From the IMG/VR virus record IMGVR_UViG_3300043788_000101, positions 26,917 to 90,916 of that record: 64,000 nucleotides of DNA. The stretch is one strand, 5' to 3'. The notes under the pieces are model-generated. The model did not search any database. It had not been told where the DNA came from and was given only the letters and a program-made list of their open reading frames with translations. Below, piece after piece: positions 57,837 through 64,000 of this stretch (position 1 is the first letter of the stretch; every line of letters starts with the position of its first letter). Source of the DNA: a virus. A program made the translations under genes and the position numbers.

Positions 57837-58473
57837 GCGCTAGCGCCCTCTCGATTGCTTCCGATGGAACGCGGCGGTGTGCCTTGGCCTTCCCGCCGAC
57901 GCTGGCGATCGCGACACCAGAGCGGCGCAGTCTTGCGACCAGCCATTCCGCCGAGCGCCAACGCGCCCGCGCGGCGCCTTCGATCGTCTCGGTCGCGTGC
58001 CACTTCGCGAGCGCCTCGTCGACCTCGAACGGATCGACGCAGTGGAAGCGCCTGGGCGCCTTGGTGGGTCGCGACAGTGTGCGGCTCACCGGGACGGCCG
58101 CCCATGCGAGGATGCGCCGGAGCTGGCCCGCGGAATAGCCGGTTCGCTTCGCCGCAGCCGACAGATACTCGTAGCCTGGCGGTACCCCGAGCGGAAGCCC
58201 GAGATGCTGCGCGCGCCAGTATGTCGTTGCCTTCGAGCGCCGGAGCTTGCCGGCGATCCACTCGAGCGTCGATCCGCCTTCCCAGTGCGCACGGAGTAGC
58301 GCGTCGTCCTTCGCGGTCCATCGTCGATGGCTCTGCACTCCGAGGCGTGCTGCGCGCTTGGCGACCGAGGAAAACGTGCGCCCGAGCTTCACCGCCACCG
58401 TCGACGCGCCGAGACGGCAGTAGTCGCGGCGCAAAAGAGCGTCCTCTGCTAAAGACCATGCCCGAGCGGTCAT
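57832..58473 (-). CDS. Multi-HTH / Myb-like repeat protein
   Basis: Repeated W(S/T)..(E/D)DALLR...IA.KL.R. Confidence 0.65.
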   Translation of the reverse strand: MTARAWSLAEDALLRRDYCRLGASTVAVKLGRTFSSVAKRAARLGVQSHRRWTAKDDALLRAHWEGGSTLEWIAGKLRRSKATTYWRAQHLGLPLGVPPGYEYLSAAAKRTGYSAGQLRRILAWAAVPVSRTLSRPTKAPRRFHCVDPFEVDEALAKWHATETIEGAARARWRSAEWLVARLRRSGVAIASVGGKAKAHRRVPSEAIERALAL

Positions 58474-59234
58474 GGTGTGCCAGAGGCAAAGTCGAAGCGC
58501 GTCATGAGCGCGTCATTGGCTACCTCTACAGACTTCGGGTCTAGGTCAAAACCAACGCACCTTCGGCCGCACGACTTCGCAGCACAGAGTGTCGAGCCGC
58601 TACCAGCGGTTGGGTCGAGCACAAGTGCCCCGGGATCGGTGAATGACCGGATGAACCACTCGATTAGCTGCTCCGGCTTCTGAGTGGCGTGTCGTCTCCC
58701 AACGTCATGTAGTTCGACCATGTCCATTTCAAGAACGGTGGTTGGATGACGCTCGGTCGAGTCGTAAATCTCTGTCTTGATAACAGCACCGTACGTCGAT
58801 GAGCCGGGCCGCTCTGCTAGCTTCGATGGTGTCACCCTTACGCGGTCGTGGCCCTGCGTCTTTTGTGGATAGTACGGTGGCGTCTCGCGCCAGAACAGCA
58901 GCACATTTTCATGGATGCGGAGCGGGCGTTTAGCCGCGTTTAGAAATCCGGTCGCCATGTTCTTCTTCCAAATCATCTCGTATCGGAACTGCTTACGGTT
59001 GCTGACGATCAGGTCGGACGCGAAAGGCTGGACGGCTGTGAAGATCATGGCTGCATCTCTTGCGCAGACACGCCAGAGTGCAGGCCAGAGACGTTCCATG
59101 TCGAGAGGCTTGTCCCAAGCGTTCGCGGTCACGCCATACGGCAGATCCGCAAACACCATGTCGACCGAACCATCGTCGACCTCATGGAGCCGCTCGAGGC
59201 AATCGCCTAGATGGACGCGGCCTAGTTCGATCAC
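58470..59234 (-). CDS. DNA N4/N6 methyltransferase (beta class), orphan
   Basis: DLPY, H.TQKP, VLDPTAGSGST. Confidence 0.92.
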   Translation of the reverse strand: MIELGRVHLGDCLERLHEVDDGSVDMVFADLPYGVTANAWDKPLDMERLWPALWRVCARDAAMIFTAVQPFASDLIVSNRKQFRYEMIWKKNMATGFLNAAKRPLRIHENVLLFWRETPPYYPQKTQGHDRVRVTPSKLAERPGSSTYGAVIKTEIYDSTERHPTTVLEMDMVELHDVGRRHATQKPEQLIEWFIRSFTDPGALVLDPTAGSGSTLCAAKSCGRRCVGFDLDPKSVEVANDALMTRFDFASGTP

Positions 59235-59871
59235 GGGGCCACGTCCCCGTTCCGAACAACCTCTCGCCCAACGTCGGTCAACCCGTACCGCGTCCAGCCG
59301 TGGCCCACGTCCTCGCGGTACATGAGGCCGATGGCGATAAGCTGCTCGACCTCGGTGGGAGCAGCCTGCTCGGTCGGGCGCTCGATTGGCCAGTGGAGCA
59401 GCAGCGTGTGGCGTAGCTTGACGGTGTCGACGGCGGGCATCTTAGTCGTTCTCCGCGATCGGGCCGCAGGCGCAGTGCGAAGCCTTCATGGCTCCGCACC
59501 AGGAGCACCACGGTGTGGGGTCGTAGTCCGGGTCGCGCTCGGGGTGGTCTTCCTTGTATTCGGCAAACAGCGCATCTACGTCGCTGTCGTCCAGCTCCCG
59601 TACTAGGTGGCCGTTCGCGATGGCCCAGTCGCGAAAGTGTTCCGCGTCCGCGTCGTTGTTGAACCGCAGGGGACCGAGGATAACGCTCATCGGCTTGCCT
59701 CCGCGTCCTGAAGCTTTGATTCGAGGTTGGCCAATGCGTTGAGCACGGCGCGCGCCTGCTCCGCCGACAACGGGATCGGCGTTCCGTCGCGCGTGCATCG
59801 GAGTCGATCGATGGCGCCGGTCAGTGTGGCCGCATCGACAGGAAACAGTCTGGCGGCCATTGCTGCCACGC

Positions 59872-60204
59872 TCACGTCGCCCTCGGCGCGATGCTGGACG
59901 CGAGCCGCAGAGCCCCGCGGCAGATGCGCTCGACGCTGTCCTCGACCGAGCGAGACGCGATGTGGTCGAGAAGGATGCGCGCTTCGGCCGCAATGACGGC
60001 GTGACATTCGGAGCACCGCGGCCGGCAGTCGGCGCTGAGCACGGTGGCCGGCTCGTCGCAGTCGCGGCACGTGGCCTCGACCTGGCCCGTGCCGTCGCAG
60101 GTCCCGCAGTCGTGGGACGTCCAGGTGTCTACGGTGTGCTGGGTGCCGACTTGGCCGCAGCCGTCGCATCGTGAGCAATCTACGAGAATCCGATTCGTGG
60201 TCAT
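59872..60204 (-). CDS. Zn-finger hypothetical protein
   Basis: CxxCDGxG repeats; strong RBS. Confidence 0.6.
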   Translation of the reverse strand: MTTNRILVDCSRCDGCGQVGTQHTVDTWTSHDCGTCDGTGQVEATCRDCDEPATVLSADCRPRCSECHAVIAAEARILLDHIASRSVEDSVERICRGALRLASSIAPRAT

Positions 60205-60905
60205 GGTCGAGCCCTCCTACAGGCGCTTAGGCGAGAATGTTGCGGATGCCGTGTGCTCGCGAAAGCGAGCGGGTGAGTTGTCCTCCGAGGTCGCCGGACG
60301 TGTCCGGGCGCGCAGCGCGGGCGAGGTCGCAGGCTTCGATCCACGTAGCGGCCATGCCGAGTTTGAGGAAGCGGCGGGCCATGCGGCGCTGGACGGCGGT
60401 GAGTGTCACGAGGCCACCTGAGCGCCGTCGAACGTGATGCTGTACGCAACCGGCGTTCCGGGCACGCATGATTCGACGTTCACGAGGCAAGCCGTCCGCA
60501 TCCTCAGTACGCGCTTGATGTCTGCGTCGGTCGTCGCGAGCGCAAGGCCCTCTTCGTCATTCATGGCAGCCTGGAGCAGGCGAAGGCAATCCGCATCGAG
60601 GCGGAGCCGGCTCTTGACCTCAGTGCGGCTCGGGATGTGGACGCCACGGCCCGCGTTCTTGCCGTTGAGGTAGCTCACGACGCCACCTGAGCGCGCGGCG
60701 GGCGAACCGTCTCGGTCATGGTCGAGTACATGATCCAGCGGGCCGCGGTGTCGACGGTCTGCGAGACCGCGAAGGCGCGGAAGTGCGCGATTGAAACGGG
60801 CGCGGTGGGGGCGGGCGGGGGAAGCATCGTTGCGTTCATAAGTAGTAGTATGGGGCCTTTTGATAGAGTGTGCAATCAAAAAAGCACGTAGCCACGAAAA
60901 TAGTT

Positions 60906-61157
60906 TCAGGCCCTCTTTGCCGCCCTGGCGCGGGGTACCGCGTCCGCGATGGCCTTGTGAGAGCCGATGTAGTGGTAGATGGTGCGCCGGGAGACCTCGA
61001 GGTCTTTGGCCGCTGCGCTGAGGTCGCCATAGCAGGCCATGATGGCGTCCACGACGATGGCGATCGCCTCCTTGGGCTCGGTCATGAAGCGGAGTTTGAG
61101 GCGACGGCTGCGCTCTGAGGAGAAGTGGCCGCCGAGGACGTGCTTGGGTGTGGTCAT
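60906..61157 (-). CDS. Fis-like HTH protein
   Basis: GDLSAAAKDLEVSRRTIY. Confidence 0.7.
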   Translation of the reverse strand: MTTPKHVLGGHFSSERSRRLKLRFMTEPKEAIAIVVDAIMACYGDLSAAAKDLEVSRRTIYHYIGSHKAIADAVPRARAAKRA

Positions 61158-62176
61158 CGCATTGGCTCCTGGGTCATCTCGCCGTAGACGTTCGGGAAGT
61201 CGCGGACGCGCAGGTCGTCCGGCCACTCGCTCGGCTCGCCTCCGTGGCCATCACGTATAGACGCCATTGGCGAACCGTCAAAGTAGATTGGCCGAGCGCC
61301 GAGTTGCTTCACGAACACGCGAGAGGTCGCCGCCGCGGGCTCGCGTGAAGCGGCCAGGAGGTCGCGCGCCCAGTCGATGCGGAACGGCCGAGCCTTGTGC
61401 CCACTCTCTCCGCCCACGATGACCCAGTCGAGCCCGCGCTCCCATGTGCCGCCAGCGCCGGCGATCTCAGGGTGCGGGTGCTGCAAGCGGCGATCGTCCG
61501 TCGTGCGCAGTGTCCACTTGAGATACGGCAAAAAGTCGACGGGGCCGAGCGCGGGCTCGTAGCTCACGAACCGGACCGCGGCGGGCGACGCAAGGAGCGG
61601 CGGGATTCGCTCGTCGGCGTACTGCTGACTCTCGACGCTCACGCCGAGCCAAACGTTCGGGAGTGGCCAAGGCATCTCAAAGCGCACCTTGTCGTGCCAG
61701 GCATCGCCGTCTTGCATCATCTGTCCGGCGAGCACACCTAGCCGCTCGCGCATCTCCGTGCGGCCAGCCGCCATGTAGCGAGCGAGCCTAGCGGCGCGTT
61801 TGGTGAGAATTTGGAAGGTGTGACCGTAGTTGCGGTCGTGCATCGCGCACACGGCCATGACGGCGAACACGCGATCGATATCGTGGTCCGCGAGACCTTC
61901 GTGGAATAGATCGCTCATACTATTGACGAAGATGCGGCGACCGCGACGCCAGCGGATAGGATCTAGCAGATGCGACGGCACGAGTGCGACCTTACGCGTC
62001 CAGCGCGGACCGTGCGCCGTGTGCTCCGCGAAACCGTAGTACGGGAGCCCCGGCCTCGAGAACCTAGCGGCCTGCGACTCGGCGTAGCACGACTCGCAGC
62101 CAGGCGAGACACGTGAGCACCCGCGGATGGGATTCCAGCTCGCCTCGGTCCACTGGATGTCGGACTTGGCGCCCAT
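61154..62176 (-). CDS. Phage Gp37/Gp68 (DUF5131) family protein
   Basis: IQWT..SWNP..GCSRVSPGC..CYA, FVNSMSDLFH, WVIVGGESG. Confidence 0.92.
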   Translation of the reverse strand: MGAKSDIQWTEASWNPIRGCSRVSPGCESCYAESQAARFSRPGLPYYGFAEHTAHGPRWTRKVALVPSHLLDPIRWRRGRRIFVNSMSDLFHEGLADHDIDRVFAVMAVCAMHDRNYGHTFQILTKRAARLARYMAAGRTEMRERLGVLAGQMMQDGDAWHDKVRFEMPWPLPNVWLGVSVESQQYADERIPPLLASPAAVRFVSYEPALGPVDFLPYLKWTLRTTDDRRLQHPHPEIAGAGGTWERGLDWVIVGGESGHKARPFRIDWARDLLAASREPAAATSRVFVKQLGARPIYFDGSPMASIRDGHGGEPSEWPDDLRVRDFPNVYGEMTQEPMR

Positions 62177-63103
62177 CTAGGACACCGCTTCCCAGCGAAC
62201 ATCCGCCAGCCTGACCACGTACGGCGCACCGTTGCCAGCGGGCGAGTAGTCGGGAAAGCACGCGACGCAACCAGGCTCGGGCGCGTAGAGCCCATGCGTG
62301 CGACCGTTCGCGAGAAGCCGCGCGGCGACATCCAGCTGCGCGATGGTCGAAAGAAAGCCGCCAGCGCCGCTCACGGGGCCGGTCACGCTGCCGGAGCCGT
62401 CGAGGAATGTGAAGCGAACGCGTAGCGCGCCCTCACGATGACGCGGGCAGGCGCCTCCGCCCGTGCGCCAGAGGCACCGCCCATGCGGGCAGAAGTCCTC
62501 CGGGTGCGCTTCCTTCGAGCGAGCCACAGAAGCGGCGACCGATGATCGGGAAGTCATCGCGGCCGCTCGTCGGCAATCTCGGCCGCTACGCCGCGGTCGT
62601 ACTCTTCGAGACCGGCTTCCGCGTCCGAGAGTGGTGGCCCACCCGCGAGCATCCACCCGCGCTCGGGCGTCCAATCCCACGGGCTGTCGAGAAACGAGCG
62701 AATGCTGTCCGCATCGAGGTCGAGCAAGTCGTGATCGACGAGGTAGCTGAAAAGCTTTGCTAGTTCCGTGTGGTCGGTCCACCACTGGGATAGCTGGTCT
62801 GTCGTGCTCATGGTCGCACCTCTCCGTAGTAGATGAACTCGCCGTCCGACTTGTACTCTTTGACGCTGCCAGAAACCGTGTCACGGACGCGGTAACGGCC
62901 GGGCGCGTCCGATATGGCAAGACCGCGAGCACACGCGGAGGCGTCGCCAGCCGCGTCGTAGCCGCCGACGTACGCCCACGTGGCGACCGCGGGCGGAGAC
63001 TTGGTAGCTGAGCCGACGAGGGCCTCGATGTGGAAGCGGACGGCCTTCGCGGGGCGAAGCGTCCAGGCGGCCGAGTCCACGTCGATGGGAATAGTATCGC
63101 TCA

Positions 63104-63589
63104 TCAGTCCCTCCACTCCGTATTGTTCTTGAAGATGTACTCCGGGTCGTAGTCGTGATTGAGGCGATCGAAGTCGTAGAGCGACAGGCGGTGATTGCGG
63201 CCCTCGTGGTCGTCTTCGGCAATCGTGACCGTCTCCGCGCCGATGGCCACGATAGGGCCGGTGAAGATGAGATTGTAGGTATGGTAGACGGCGCGGTCGC
63301 CGAGCTTGAACGACTGCGCGAAGAGGCGCGAGCGCTTCGTAACCTTGCCGTCGACGTAATCGTGGCTCGTCTCGATGCCGTGGAGCAGGATGCTCTCGCC
63401 GGGAACGATGACGGCGTGGTGGCCTTCCGAGACGCGGCCCTCGTGCTTGTGGCCGAAGCGCGTCCAGTCGCGGGACTTGATGACGTCGACCGCGATGGGA
63501 GCAGAAGCCTTACGAGCGCGCTTGGCGCGGGCCGGCTGGGCGGTATCGTTCGCGGGCATCGTCTCGGCGGTGTTGGCTGCGCTGTTCAT
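63104..63589 (-). CDS. Hypothetical protein
   Basis: 161 aa; TTGCAC-N17-CATAGT-N6-ATG upstream. Confidence 0.65.
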   Translation of the reverse strand: MNSAANTAETMPANDTAQPARAKRARKASAPIAVDVIKSRDWTRFGHKHEGRVSEGHHAVIVPGESILLHGIETSHDYVDGKVTKRSRLFAQSFKLGDRAVYHTYNLIFTGPIVAIGAETVTIAEDDHEGRNHRLSLYDFDRLNHDYDPEYIFKNNTEWRD

Positions 63590-63726
63590 GAAGATACTAT
63601 GCGCCCAGGCTTGCTCGTGTGCAATCGAAAAAGCACACCGCTCGGTCGATTTCTTCCCGGCCCTTTCGCCCTTGACAATCCGCCCAAACTAGGGCCAAGT
63701 TTGCGGGCTACGCTGGAGGGCGTCCG

Positions 63727-64000
63727 ATGGCATACACCAAAGAGCAGCTTGCGGAGATACTAGTCAAGCACGCCGCATGGCGCCGAGGCGAACACGATGG
63801 CGCCCGCGCGAACTTGGCCGACGCGAACTTGGCCGGCGCGTACTTGGCCGACGCGGACTTGGCCGGCGCGTACTTGGCCGACGCGAACTTGGCCCGCGCG
63901 GACTTGGCCGGCGCTCGGAACGTCCCAGCTTCACTGAAAGACCACGTCGATCCGACCACGCCATACGTGCGCAAGTCGACGCCGGACACGCGGCAGGCGC
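63727..64000 (+). CDS. Pentapeptide-repeat protein (runs off the window)
   Basis: GGAGG RBS; MAYTKEQLAEIL.KH..W...RANLADANLAGAYLADADLAG. Confidence 0.85.
   Translation, partial: MAYTKEQLAEILVKHAAWRRGEHDGARANLADANLAGAYLADADLAGAYLADANLARADLAGARNVPASLKDHVDPTTPYVRKSTPDTRQA

Noticed and set aside
63808-63913. 15-bp tandem repeat as a non-coding array
   Set aside because: Encodes A(D/N/Y)LA(D/G/R) pentapeptide repeats

Overview
GC-rich segment of a tailed phage or prophage. Myxobacterial-type lipoprotein cargo suggests a Myxococcota (Polyangiales-like) host; this is inference. No capsid, terminase, integrase or att site is visible. Layout: 1-19.3 kb contractile-tail operon (sheath, tube, -1 frameshifted chaperone, tape measure, baseplate) interrupted by free-standing HNH/EndoVII genes; 19.3-24.1 kb lysis-type genes and a terminator; 24.2-36.4 kb leftward genes, including a mini-gene array punctuated by about 13 TGCGCGC+RBS repeats and a RecT-like/PD-(D/E)XK recombination pair; 36.5-41.5 kb rightward genes; 41.5-49.5 kb translation-support island; 49.9-55 kb replication genes; 55-63.6 kb leftward genes (ASCH, DNA methyltransferase, Gp37/Gp68-like); a pentapeptide-repeat gene runs off the end. 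The best candidate for an undescribed system is at 41551-43911: a 242-aa uncharacterised protein, then a ~430-nt structured RNA with CAAGCT hexamers and two circularly permuted tRNA-like domains (YrlA-like topology but no Ro60/TROVE in the window), then rtcB. It is followed by a leader-peptide attenuator and 36 hand-folded, often non-canonical tRNA genes covering all 20 amino acids. Other notable signals are a truncated tail-tube mimic and two endonuclease insertions that duplicate and recode host-gene ends. All calls were made by eye; no searches or folding programs were run.
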